DNA of 63,183 nucleotides, filler included, from Collodictyon triciliatum (GCA_043381765.1; 6 parts of 5 records of this genome joined end to end with filler, not necessarily neighbours in it); one strand, 5' to 3'; positions 1 through 15,374 are shown, counted from the whole stretch's first letter. The notes: a model not told the origin generated them from the letters alone. Program-made: numbers and translations.

Positions 1-62
1 TTTTATGTTTGCTTCATTCAATCACTTTTTCGTATTTATTTATTATTATTATTTATAATTAT

Positions 63-67
63 TATTT

Positions 68-163
<96 letters not shown>
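63..163. repeat. (TTTA)n microsatellite
   Basis: Read directly from the sequence. Confidence 0.95.
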
Positions 164-181
164 TTGCTTCACCGGAGTAGA

Positions 182-1509
182 CCTGCTACCACGCCTTTGT
201 CAGATATGCGACACAGTCCATCAAGCAGCAGCCTCAGAATGATGTCTCGACGCGAGAGTGGAGGTGAATATAATATGTCCCGATGTCTGTAGAGAGTGAC
301 TGCCGTCTTTTGGCGAATGCGTCCACATATAATTATGTTTATTTATTTATAACACGTCAAATATGTTTACTGCATTTTTGAATCATCAATAATAATGCAA
401 CCCAGAATAATATTGTAATGGATACTTAGAAACAGATTCTATGACTTCTGACAACCACCATGGAATCTCCAGGTTTGTAATTTTTGTAGAATTGTCCATC
501 TATGTTTATTATATTCGTTCGTATAGTTCATGATTTTTTCAGATATCACACCATGCTCAGTAATCTCATCATACATTAATTCAAATTCCAAAGACATGGA
601 AGCAGGATGATAGGAAATGGAACGAGGCTCAATCTCAACTTACCAGACAAGGCAAAACCAACTCTGAGAGTAAGTGTGCCATATAAGAACATAATCTTGT
701 TTAAGTAAATCATGAGTCTTCCTCTCAAATTTAATTTAGGTATATGTTTGGGCTTAATTCAAATATTGACAGCGAATCAAATTAAAAATATATAACAGAA
801 CACTTACTATTTTGTGAGCCGGAAACCACCTATCGCATTAGATGCTGTTAAGTACATGGGTGCGTTTGTTTTCCCGATATGATCAATTTTTATCAGAATA
901 AAAATTTACGTATCATACGATTGAATCAGCACATAAATATTTATTTTTATTCAAGGCAGTGAATATGCTGAACTTCATACCTTCACATTTTATCTCACAT
1001 AATCATTTTCGTATTGCTGATAAATAGGGGAAGTATCCAAGGCTATGGTATTTCCAACAAAAGAACACTACATGGTAGAGTCCTTTCGTAAACATGTAAT
1101 TGAAAAAGGTTAGCATAGATTCACTAATCGATTTCTAAAATAAAACATCAGTAAATTGTTTTGTGTTACAGATCAGATTGATTGCAAATCACTTTGACTT
1201 TCATTCATTTCGATTTTTGCAACCCTAGATGCGCAGGATATTTTTGTTCATTCATTCTGGTTAATCTTCTGCCTGCTGTTCCAAACGCACAATCAGAAGC
1301 AATTGGATATTCTTGTTACTAAACTATCAAGAAAGCATATTGCGCATTTCATGACCGTTCCACACAGGGATCTTTACATGAAAGTGAGTGCAGCCCAACT
1401 ATATATCTCCCACTATTCACTTAATCTACACCAAGCAAAATTCTCAACTTCCAAATCTATCCCTGGTGTGTTCGTCAATGGAACTCTTGGATGCATCGAA
1501 CTACACTTT

Positions 1510-1550
<41 letters not shown>

Positions 1551-3515
1551 TACTTCCCATATCTCTTAACCCATGCAATCGGCAACGGGCTATGGGACAC
1601 TTTCACATCGGACAGGGTAAGAAACCCCGTCATATTTATTCTCCTACTTTACTTGCATATCGCCCACAGCTGGTCCTCAGAAGTCGATAATGAATATGTT
1701 CTGACTAATGAAATGATTTTCTTATATGCCAGTCACGGAAAATGAACCTTAAATCTCCTACATATTACGACAGAATGTGCTTAACCTCGACATCCGCCGA
1801 GACATCCTACATATACTTGTCCAATTACAAACTGGAATCAGGATGCTAGATTCCCTTTTTACAATGACTGAAACGCGACTCTTTCCTGCAGGGATTGCAT
1901 CTTTATTCTTAAAAGTTGAAAAGCCATTACTAACAGACCCATCCTCCACTGATAAGAATCAGTCTGAGTCTAACACATCCACTGAGCTTATGTGGATTCA
2001 GGAGTATCTGTCGAGGCCTGAGTTTCACTCCGTTACAGGTAACGCACAATTTTCATAAATCAACCTCTCTTCTGTTATGGTATGAAAAGGCTCAAACTTT
2101 AGACTCATCCAGATTTGTTATTTATTCATTTATTTATTTATATATTTAGAAAATGCGATAGCTTCAGAGGTCTGATACTTTTTTTCATTTTTATTGCTCA
2201 TGAAATTACTATAAAAAATACTAATAAGAACATGCTTTGTTGTTTTCGGGTTATTTTTATAAACTTACTGAACCATAGGCGAAGAAAAAGACTGCCAAAA
2301 GCCAAATTTTAGACGAGGGCTCTGCTGGGCAACAGCTACTTGTTGATGTTAACGAGGTTTGTATCGTAATATCATACAAAAGATTAATCGCACTGTATGC
2401 AAGAGTGAACGAGAGAGAAAATGATTTAGCCTCCCAATTTCGTGATTTTAGACTTTAAGTTTTATTTTCTTAAAGTATGGTGCATATGAACTTGATATCT
2501 ACTTTTACCAACTCCGCTATGAAACACTTGGACTTTCCACGCTATTCAACGTATCATATGATACTTAAAATAGGTGTCAGACGAATATCGCCTACCGAAG
2601 ATGAGAATTGATCCAATTCCACCACAAGTAACAGACTATCACCAAAATAGTCCTTTAGTTCAAGGATATTTTGCTGGTGGCTCGGTCCTGTCAGCAGAGC
2701 ACTTCCTTGAATGTATTTATCATCACTTTATTACATACATGCGCTATATCCCATTCATCTCCCATTCTCTTCACCTTCCTGTTCCTTCGCCCTCATCTTG
2801 ACAGTACTTGAAATGACACTAATTTTCCCAACAGCAATTCAAGATATTGTAGATAAACGGAAGTTGCTTATCCATGAAGCACGAAGACAAACACAGCCAC
2901 AATCTCAAACTGAAAAGATAGACATGCTCAAGTCTGAGTGCGAGCGATATGCAAAGAAACGGGAGCAAACCTTCAACTCCATTCACAACTCTTATGTCCG
3001 AAAGAAAGAGAATCTTGTGGTGGACACCGATGTCATTCACGAGAAACTAGAGATAGAGTGCAAAGCTGTAGAATCCATGAAAGAGCAAGTGATGAGAGAT
3101 GGCGATGTTGCGGTACGAAGTCGATCTCTCTCTCTCGCAAACAAATTATGTTGCTTTTCTTCCTTCTCATACAATCGCCCCTATTCAATTTGAAAACAGC
3201 ACAGCTTTCAACATTACAACTATCATCTCCTATTTACCTATAAGGCGGCGTGCTTATTCCCCGTGACAGCCGTCACCCTGATGTAGGCTTTTCTGCTACT
3301 TGTTGACAACTGCATTTTATTTCACTCAGATAACGCAGCTGACGATGAAGATACTAGCAAACCAGGAGATGAAACAGGAGATGATTCGCAGGAACTTGGT
3401 GAAGCTCGGCTACAGCGACACCAGCGCAGAAGCAAAGCAGAGGATTCTCTCACAGGTCGCTGGCAAGACGAAGGAGACTGCCAGACCAGCCCGGAGGCGC
3501 GGCACTCCCGGATGA
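182..3515 (+). CDS. FAM227-like (FWWh-domain) protein, multi-exon, 5'-partial
   Basis: Spliced GT-AG exons give DAQDIFVHSFWLIFCLLFQ...HFMTVPHRDLYMK|YFPYLLTHAIGNGLWDTF..|QNVLNLDIRRDILHILVQLQTG...HQNSPLVQGYF. This resembles the FAM227 pattern D.FWW.FL..F / YP..LAQA.Y..F / SPL...Y. A coiled-coil C-terminus ends at TGA 3513-3515. Confidence 0.7.
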
Positions 3516-3774
3516 GGCACACACGGCCTCTACCATCTATCTCATCTGTATGAAAGCTGTGTGATGTGTGATGACAAGATAAATCTAGAACAATGGCAAC
3601 TCGTGGAATCTGAAACACTCTTTGCACTCCTTTTTTTTTTTTTGCGCGTTTTCTTTATAAAATATCGCTTCTCTTTCATGACAACAACTGGCAAAACACG
3701 GCCTTTTTTTTTTGTCCACTTCTACGCTCTTTTTAGCGTGAGTCTGCTCCGGTGGGTTTGAGCCAGCACCGACT

Positions 3775-4883
3775 ATGGAAGAGAGTGCAGTGATGCGCGA
3801 TCCGCGGCTCGTTCTGCGCGAGTTGTTGCGTGATCCGCTTTTGAGCGACGTGCCTTCCGAGCCGACTCTGGAGGAGGTGGAGCAGCTGCTTGCCTTGGAG
3901 AAAGGGAATGCAATAACTGTATATGTTCTTCGTATGGACGGCGAGAGGATATGTAAGCAGCACATACCATCTCATGCGCTGTTCTTTATTTTTGCAATTG
4001 TGTGAGGGAGTGTTTTATGCATAGGGGTCGCATCGGCTCTTAGTGAGAATGCTTTTAGCTTTAAAGAGTACTTTTTTTTCCCTGTTACACTAACTTTTGA
4101 ATGTTGACTCCTTTTGTATATCCTTCCTCTTGTTCTCTTAACATCTCGTTCTTATATTTTCGTATCAGTCCTTTTCTTAAACAACTGCATTTATTAATAT
4201 GTCTAGGTCTCTAGATTTTGCATTCATGATTGTAAATCTAGCATATATACTTACTCAAATTAATTATTTTTTTAATCTCTTCACGAAGCTCTTATTGTAC
4301 CCCCACACTTGACCGTGAAAAGGTTTCGAATTCTTCTACAGAAAAAGATTGAGAACAGACCCGACGTGAAACAAGCGAATCGAAGAATCAGCTGGTTTGA
4401 TTTGTTCATTGAAAAAAAATTCTTTCTTTGTTTTTAGAATTAATCATACGAACTGTTACACCATAAATATTCTTTATCTGGATGCGCTGTGTTATCTTTG
4501 AACTTTTTTATGTGCCCGAACTCATCCTATAAACTCTCCGCCAAAATAAATGGGTTTGGGAGTAACTATTGACCGGCTACGTTGAGCATAGCCATCAATT
4601 CTGAAGAAAAAAATATGTATGGAGTGGGCGAATCAATGGCATTAATCAAATCTATTGCTCTCGCCTTCATCATAGGAAGTATGTATGGCAGCATTTCCGT
4701 CTAGTCCTTAATGAGCAGCCTTTAAGTGACCCATCAAAACGACTGAATGAACTTGGCATCAAGAACCACAGCGAGTTTACTTTCCAGCGGTATCGTTTCA
4801 AGCAGCGAACCAAAATGCCCCGGGTGCAGATTGTCCAGCAAAATATGGCTATGCACTTTCATCCCAATCATCTCTGCGAATGA
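3775..4883 (+). CDS. SNRNP25: U11/U12 snRNP 25 kDa protein (minor spliceosome, ubiquitin-like fold)
   Basis: Exons 3775-3952, 4289-4394 and 4676-4883 give ...DPLLSDVPSEPTLEEVEQLLALEKGNAITVYVLRMDGERISLIVPPHLTV...RRISWKYVWQHFRLVLNEQPLSDPSKRLNELGIKNHSEFTF. This matches the SNRNP25 motifs DPLL.D.P...TLEEV...ALE.G.A, ISW.YVW and L...GI.N....F. Confidence 0.92.
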
Positions 4884-5498
4884 AACATCCTGGAAACAAA
4901 GTATTCTAAAACCATCGGTTCCACACGCTTACTCATATCTGCCACTCTGTCCCACTGCGCACGCATTCGTGAAGCCACTTCAGCGACTTGCATCGTCGCG
5001 TGATAAAGATACATGCCTAACCCCGTCATCATGCCATTTTGAGTGGAGAAAGAAACGGTACGATAATATATTCCAGGTTTGGATATATCCATATATGTCT
5101 AGCAATGGGTCTCCAATTATAGAAAGAGATATCCCACAAAAGCCAAGCAGCCGACAACCCTAAGCAGCGAACGCGAAGGTCGAACCTGCATGATCAAAAG
5201 ATGGCGAAACTTTTGGTTTATACTAAAGGCGAAGTTAAAATCACGATCCAAAACACAGTTTTATATATAAGAGAAGGACAACGAAAGAAATGAAATGCGA
5301 AGAGAAATCATAGAACGATAGCAAACAAAAAAAAAAAAATAAAAAAAAATAAAGAGGGTATTGCGACCTATGATCGAAGCAGAAGGGAGAACAGAACAAA
5401 TCAAGACAGGAGAAAAGGGTTGGATTTAAGTCTAGGCAAAAATGATAAATGAAAAGACTTTGATAAAAAAAAAAAAAAAGCAGCGCATAGTTTCCAGG

Positions 5499-8400
5499 AT
5501 GCACCGCGGCAACAACATCGGCGGCCATGACTTGAGCGTCTACATGCTGCCGGCACCGTCCATCGGAGGCGGGCCAGTTCCGAGACACAAGATTGAAACC
5601 AAGAAGCCTGGCAAGCAAGGACAAACACCAGAGAGAATACAGCCACAAAAGGCTCTTCCGTTTGCTGGTTCACACGCCTCAGATGTCTCCATCCGCATCA
5701 GAAACTCCCTCTTGGTTGGCTCCACACTTTGAAGCATTATGATACGCTTTTGATGAACTGTTTAATCTTGCTTTTAAAATAAGGAAATCTTTTCAAAGTG
5801 GTACACTTATATCAGCTTTATATCATGACTCGTCTTTTTGCATGCAACTAGAAACTACAACGCGTCATGAATGCTGGCCCCAATTTTGTGGATGATTTCT
5901 TTGGGAGCCGAGTGAAGGATGCTGAACTCACGGGCAAAGTGGAGCAACTACCCAGCAGTGCGCGGACAACTGCGATTAGCGAAATTCTTGGACTTTGTCG
6001 TTTTTTGCTGAATCTACAGACGAATAAAGCCGACCAGGCTGCGCCCGACCGAAGAGACTATGATGCACGAAGCCTGGGTGGACTCCCAACCCCATCTCCC
6101 GTTCCAGATTCCCAGAGTGTTGTTTCAGAATCACCCTTTCCTCCTCCTCCAAAGAATGCTCAGGTCCTCCCACCTTTGGCACGCAGCCATCAACAGTCCC
6201 ACCCACCCTCCCTGGATTCTACCTCAAAGTCTGTAGACGAGCAAAATAGCCTGAAGCATCAAACAAAGAAGAGTGGCAGTGTCGAAACTATTCCACATCC
6301 ATCAAAGCCCAAGATAATAACACCACCTGAGGATTTAGATTCTTCAGAGTCGCACCATCCGAGTAATCCCAAAGCTCAGACCGCAAACCGGACATCACTT
6401 CCAAAGAAACAAGAACAGGAAGAAGCAAATTGCACCGACGCTACAAAGAATCCGCCATCATCTTGTTTACCCGTTCATGTAATGGATTGTTTATATCTGT
6501 TATTTGCTCACTCACTCACTCACTCACTCACTCACTCACTCACTCACTCACTCACTCACTCACTCACTCACTCACTCACTTAGTACTTTATGAAAATATC
6601 AAAATGACTCTGCTCATAACATGAAAATTCTTTCTGAAATGCGTATACATACATACATACATACATACATACATACATACATACATACATACATACATAC
6701 ATACATACATACATACATACATACATACATACATACACACACATGGAATAATCCAGTTAAAAAAGAAGGAACTCAAATAGTTCAATTCTTAGAGCCCTTA
6801 CGACTCTGACTCTGAGAGACCCGAAAGTGCTATGAACACAGAAAATGGAGGCGAACGGCGTACTGTACAAAGAAAGGGATCAAATCCGAAATTAAATCGC
6901 GCATGGGCAAAACTAAAGGCAATCAGGGCTGTATTTTCCTCTCGCGCAAACTACTATACAAACCCCCATATTGCAAAAAAGGTTTTTTCCTTGCTATCCA
7001 ACAGGAGGAATGCATCGAGGCAAAAGTTTATAGGTGAATGGCTTGAGTTGGACCATGAATCACAGGGAGAATGGGTACAGGAGCTGGCCAATCAGTTCTC
7101 TCGTATTGGCACAGCCTTAACTGTACTCAGTGATGCAACCTCCACGGCATCTTTCACAGAATCGTTGAATAATATGTGTCATGCTATAACCGATGTTGTG
7201 GTTGCAAAATCTGTGTACATATTTCGTTTGGATGAATACCTTGAGGAATTCCGTATTGTCGCTTCATCCGGAAGCTTTGATATAGAGGCTGTGTATCCAC
7301 TCGGAGTTGGTATTCCTGGTCGTGTAATGAAAACATCGGAATCCTTTATTGCAGAAAATTTTATCCCTGAACAAACAGACCATTTTGACCTGAACGCCTG
7401 TCTTCATAACCTCGCTGTATATTGTCATCCTCTTTTCGATCAAACCGAGAAGGTCCTGGGCTCCATTCTTGTAACAGCGAGCAGTCTTACGGTCGAAGAT
7501 ATTCGATTGCTTGATACATTGTCGGCCCATGCAGGGTTACTCATGGCCAATTTAATTCTAAGCAGTAGAGAATCCAGAGTTCGCCTTCGTTTCTCAGCTT
7601 TAGTGGATATTTCCAACATAGTATCATCTGAGCTTCGCCTGCAGCCTCTTATAGACGTTCTGCGCAGGAAATCAAAAGAACTTCTTCAGGCAGATAAATG
7701 TACCATGTATTTGGTCGATCATGAAAAAGAGGTACATCTAATGTGTTTCTTTTGTTTGTTTTCTATTCAAAAAGGTGCTCATAATCGAAAATATAACCCT
7801 TTCCGTAGCTCCTCTCTAAAAAAAAATAATCAGTAATCGAATTTTGAAATATAGGAGCTTTGGACGACACTTCAAGATGGACAGGAAATCCATTTTCCTT
7901 TAAATCAGGGGATAGCTGGGCACGTGGCGACAACGGGAGATATAGTCAATATTACAGATGCGTATAACGACGAGCGCTTTAATCCACAATTTGATCATCA
8001 GACTGGCTATCGAACCAAGAGTATGCTATGTATGCCTGTAAAGAGACTAGGGGGCGAAATCGTCGGTGTCATTCAAATGATAAACAAAGCTCACGGTCCC
8101 TTCACATCTGAGGATGAGTCATTGACGGAGGCTTTCTGCAGTCAAGCAGCAATTGCTATAACTAACTCGCAGATTTACCGTCAAGAAATCCAAGAAAAAC
8201 TCCGATTCCAAGCTCTCGTTGATATATCAAAAGTAATATCATCTGAGTTGCAGCTCGACCATTTGATTGACGTGGGTTGCTTCAAACTCAATACATCTGA
8301 ATATACTGGGGTTTTTAAAAGAAAAAAAACATATCTCTACTGTTTAAGAGCTCATCAATCCTAGTAATACTATATACCATTTCGAAAGACTCTGATAACG

Positions 8401-11400
8401 TATAAATAAGATACTATTATCACTTATTCCTTTATTTTGTTAAGGTTTTGAGGGCAAAATCCAGAGAATTAGTTCACGCAGACCGATGCACATTATTTTT
8501 AGTGGATGAAAAATCACAAAAACTGTGGACTAAACTTGTGGAGGGAAAGGTAGTTCAATCGCTTTCATAAAAATTGAGGGTACTGTACAGGAGTATATTT
8601 CTTAATGTAGAGAAAGCTTACATTCCCAGTATCGCATATTAACATCACATTCAATACCGAAATGAACTGTGTAGGAGGTTCAGATTTCAATAGGGTCAGG
8701 TATTGTTGGCCACGTAGCAAAAACGGGCGATACCCTTAATATCAGGGACGCCTACAACGAGCCAAGATTCAATCCTGACGTGGATAAGAAAACGGGATAC
8801 GTGACAAAAAGTATTTTATGCATGCCAGTCAAGACTCATCAAGGAAAGGTTGCAAGAAAATTTCTTATTCATACACATTTTGATAATTTATTATAATAGA
8901 AAACAGAAAGGCGTTTATATGATATTCAATAAAAAAAAAATGCTTAATGAATGATAGATTGTTGGAGCCATCCAGATGGTTAATAAGTTGTCCGAAGCTG
9001 AATTTAATTCAGATGATGAGAACCTGATGTCTGCCTTTTGTTCACACGCTGCGGTGGCAATAGTAAATTCACAGCTTTATGAAGAAACTGTGGAACTGTA
9101 CAACTATCTGCGCAGCATTTTGAAATCTATCAAATATTACGTATTACACATAGGTATTTTTTTTATAAAAAAAAAATTATTGCTTTCAGTTTGTGCATGG
9201 TAGGGTGCGCACAAGTCATTCATGTTATGTTGCCCACTTTATGAACTTCGGTGCTGATTATTTACTTCTCAGACCAAGAAGGGAAACTTTTAACAGTAAA
9301 TCACCCACTTTCGGCCTTGTTTGGTTCTGAGGAGAATTATTTTCGAATGACACCTTTTCAGGTATTTCTGGGATTTAGAAAGAAAAAAATACATAGCCAC
9401 GGTATTGATATCAATTTTATGTGGTGGGCGAATGACTTTTCTAAAATTCAAATTTATGGCGATGGTGAAGATGTGGTTTGGTAGAAAGAATGTAAAGCTT
9501 ATCACTGATATGAAGCGAGTCTTGGACAACCCAAACGAGCCGATATACAATCCTGGATACAGCCTTGCTCCGCGTGCTACAAATGGACTTGTGAATTTAA
9601 CTGAAATCAACATTCTTGGACAAGGCATTATATTTTTCTCTAAAAATTATTTGTCTCAATTTACTTGAAACCATTTACAAAATATCAATGCTAAGTTGCG
9701 GCAATTTTGCTTTCTTACCTGAACATATCATGGCTAGATGTACCAAATCCTTCCCTTGTTTCAATACCCGTAAACTACATGATTGTCTCCCTCAATGACG
9801 CCAAAGGACGGCAGAATGGAATTTTGTTGATGATTGAGGATATATCCGAAATGGAGTCGATAAGAAAAGATATGGACAATTTACAGAATCGACTGGGCGA
9901 TGTCACTAACCAAGCCACCCAAGTAATCGAAGCACCAATCCAGGTCAGACTAATCGCAATCGAGTACGTTTATAGTGTAAAGAGAGAAAATCATTATGGT
10001 GGAATAACTCACAGTGAACTTTATTTTATCACTGCCACCTGAAGAATTTTGTTAACATTTTCATCATCACCAGATGGTTATCCGAACTATTCAACATCTT
10101 GCTAAAGGGCGGTTCGACCCTGATGAAGCCCAACAGCAACTCTTGAAATGTCTGGGTGTAATTTCCAAGGTTGACCTTTTCAAACCGAAAATCGAAGAGA
10201 TTCTGGACCAATCGCTTGATACAGTAAGTAACTTTTCGTTTTCTCTCTGGAATGAAGCTATTATAAAAAAAATTTTGAAAACGAATAAGTGTGACATAAC
10301 AACTGACAAAGATCAATTTTTTACATTACCTGCGTTTTGATTTTGTTGGAATTCATAATCAAAATACACGTCAGAATACAAAACTTTGGCTTATGTCCGA
10401 AGTGGCTTTGCCGGAAGATATCCGATTGAACGTCGCAACAAGTTGGCCAGACTTGGGTGTTTTTTTACATTCATCCTTGAGTAAAGAAGAAACTCCTGCT
10501 GAATTATTCGACTGGCATTTGGATGCGACTAAGTTTGGAGACAGCGAGCTCATTGCCTTACTTGTCCATATGTTCCGGCATCTAGGAGTTCTTGCTTTAT
10601 TTAATATTAAAGGTAGAACCATGAGCAGTTGATTTCTTTTTGAAAAAAAATCGGCATTCTTCTTTATAACAAAAGAACTTTTGATTTTCCTGTATAGTTG
10701 AGACCCTTCAAGTCTTTCTCGAATCAATTCGGAAGAACTATAATCCTAATCCATTCCACAATTTCCAACATTCTTTTACTGTGGCGCATGTTGTATTTTT
10801 GATGATAACGCAGACTTCACTGACTGAATTTCTCAGGTAATTTTTTTCGATTTTTTTAAAGGTTGTATTTCATCGCGAAATCATCCACTTTTTTTTTCCT
10901 TAATGGAATGCTTCATCATATTCTTTAAATGATTCTCGCTTTCTAAGATTTGAGTCCACTTGTTATTCGCAAATGTGTGCCACCATTTGAAAAAAGGGCA
11001 TAAATCTTAGAAAACCACACAATCTAAATTTTGATACAGCAACCAAGATATTTTATCTTTAATGCTTGCTGCTCTTTGTCATGATTTGGACCACCCTGGA
11101 CTGACGAACGGCTTCGAGATAAGTTCGGAATCAGCCTTGGCAACATTATATAATGACGTCTCAGTTCTTGAAAACCACCATTCGTTTATGGCTTTCCGGT
11201 TGTTGAGAGGAGATAATGGAATTTTGACCCGGTTTAGCAAGGTGATTGTCCACTTTTAAGATAATCATATTCATGCAGGAAAATTAAGCAAATATCGATA
11301 CTAATGTCCTACTTCCTGCGTTACACACAATGATTATTTCTCACTTTCTGTTCTGACGCATCGCCGGGTAAAATCAAAGCCGGAAAAGAAGGAAATGAGA

Positions 11401-11865
11401 AAACTGATAGTGAATTCCATCCTCGCTACGGACATGGGTCGCCACTTTGAAGACCTGGCCAAATTGAACCAGAGAATCGAGACAAAGCCTTTCTCACGCG
11501 ATAACTTGGACGACCGTGTTCTTGTGGCGTCTGTAATGCTCCACTGTGCTGACTTGTCGAATCCAACAAGGCAGTTCTCGCAATCTCGGATGTGGGCCGA
11601 ACGTTTAATCAAAGAGTTTTCTCTGCAGGTCGAAAAGGAAAAGGAGAGCGGGATGCCTGTGTCCACATTCATGATTATTCCAAACATGCTTGTCCAGTCC
11701 AAGAATGAGATGAACTTTATCGACTACGTCGTAGAGCCACTATGGAAGGCCGCCAAGCGGATCATTCCTGAGTTGGAACCGCTGCACGCACAGTTGCTCA
11801 AGAATAGGGGGGAATGGGCTAACCTTCTAGCTGAGGCTCAAGCTTCAGCCTCTCCGTCGTCATGA
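5499..11865 (+). CDS. Class I cyclic-nucleotide phosphodiesterase with three GAF domains and a PAS-like segment
   Basis: GAF motifs (GIAGHVATTG..NITDAYNDERFN, NK...F...DE, seen twice, plus a more divergent first GAF). Catalytic motifs FHNFQH, CHDLDHPGLTN, LENHH, ILATDM and HCADLSNP. Stop at 11863-11865. Start codon uncertain. Confidence 0.93.
6507..6736. repeat. Intronic (CACT)n at 6507-6580 and (ATAC)n at 6645-6736
   Basis: Read directly; both lie in a PDE intron. Confidence 0.95.
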
Positions 11866-12054
11866 TATGACGAGGGGGTAGACTTGTGTCAAGAAAATGG
11901 ACGGATGAGAAAAACAACGATGAAATCAACTTGACATGGATGAAAACGCAACAAGAAAATGGCTTCATTTTGAATGCCTTCTAGTTTCATAATCTACGTC
12001 GAATTTCCAGATGAATTTGAATTCGAAATAAAGTGATAAGAACAACGTTTGGTC

Positions 12055-12235
12055 TTTTTCCTTTTTCTTCTTTTTCTTCTTTTTCTTCTTTTTCTTCTTT
12101 TTCTTCTTTTTCTTCTTTTCTTCTTTTTCTCTTTCCTTTTTCCTTATCCTTTTTTTCTTTTTTTTCTTTTTTTCTTTTTCTTTTTCTATTTCCTTTTTCT
12201 TTTTTCTTTTTTTCTTTTTTCTTTTTTCTTTTTCT
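12055..12235. repeat. T/C-rich (TTTTTCTTC)n tract between convergent PDE and CAMK genes
   Basis: Read directly from the sequence. Confidence 0.9.
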
Positions 12236-12260
12236 TACGGTTAGATGCTTTATTCTGGTT

Positions 12261-14178
<1,918 letters not shown>

Positions 14179-15226
14179 CTGAATCTATTCTATTGTGTCT
14201 GCGATCACATATTATTACAGGCTCCCAACTCCCCGATCAGAGAGACTCTTGGCATCACAGCCTCCGATCGCACGACTCTGCGGTTTTTGACAGGATTCTC
14301 ACACGCTGTCAGTCNNNNNNNNNNNNNNNNNNNNNNNNNNNNNNNNNNNNNNNNNNNNNNNNNNNNNNNNNNNNNNNNNNNNNNNNNNNNNNNNNNNNNN
14401 NNNNNNNNNNNNNNNNNNNNNNNNNNNNNNNNNNNNNNNNNNNNNNNNNNNNNNNNNNNNNNNNNNNNNNNNNNNNNNNNNNNNNNNNNNNNNNNNNNNN
14501 NNNNNNNNNNNNNNNNNNNNNNNNNNNNNNNNNNNNNNNNNNNNNNNNNNNNNNNNNNNNNNNNNNNNNNNNNNNNNNNNNNNNNNNNNNNNNNNNNNNN
14601 NNNNNNNNNNNNNNNNNNNNNNNNNNNNNNNNNNNNNNNNNNNNNNNNNNNNNNNNNNNNNNNNNNNNNNNNNNNNNNNNNNNNNNNNNNNNNNNNNNNN
14701 NNNNNNNNNNNNNNNNNNNNNNNNNNNNNNNNNNNNNNNNNNNNNNNNNNNNNNNNNNNNNNNNNNNNNNNNNNNNNNNNNNNNNNNNNNNNNNNNNNNN
14801 NNNNNNNNNNNNNNNNNNNNNNNNNNNNNNNNNNNNNNNNNNNNNNNNNNNNNNNNNNNNNNNNNNNNNNNNNNNNNNNNNNNNNNNNNNNNNNNNNNNN
14901 NNNNNNNNNNNNNNNNNNNNNNNNNNNNNNNNNNNNNNNNNNNNNNNNNNNNNNNNNNNNNNNNNNNNNNNNNNNNNNNNNNNNNNNNNNNNNNNNNNNN
15001 NNNNNNNNNNNNNNNNNNNNNNNNNNNNNNNNNNNNNNNNNNNNNNNNNNNNNNNNNNNNNNNNNNNNNNNNNNNNNNNGTATGTATGTATGTATGTATG
15101 TATGTATGTATGTATGTATGTATGTATGTATGTATGTATGTATGTTATGTATGTATGTATGTATGTGTATATGTATGTATGTNNNNNNNNNNNNNNNNNN
15201 NNNNNNNNNNNNNNNNNNNNNNNNNN

Positions 15227-15238
15227 TTAATTAATTAA
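15227..15238. other. Artificial contig-join spacer TTAATTAATTAA
   Basis: Six-frame stop linker flanked by ~44 N on each side. The same linker recurs at 19994, 28309, 47031 and 57672. Confidence 0.95.
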
Positions 15239-15374
15239 NNNNNNNNNNNNNNNNNNNNNNNNNNNNNNNNNNNNNNNNNNNNTATGTATGTATGTATGTA
15301 TGTATGAAGGTTGACAATTGGTGTGGTGATTTTAATATGGGAAAAAATCACGAGTATTGTTTGGGTTTAATGAT

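Noticed and set aside
2746-2807. Possible AT-AC intron (ATATCCCA...TCTTGAC AGTAC) in the FAM227-like gene
   Set aside because: It keeps the frame, but a canonical GT-AG intron 2713-2804 (GTATTT...TTGACAG) does too and is more parsimonious. RNA data would be needed.
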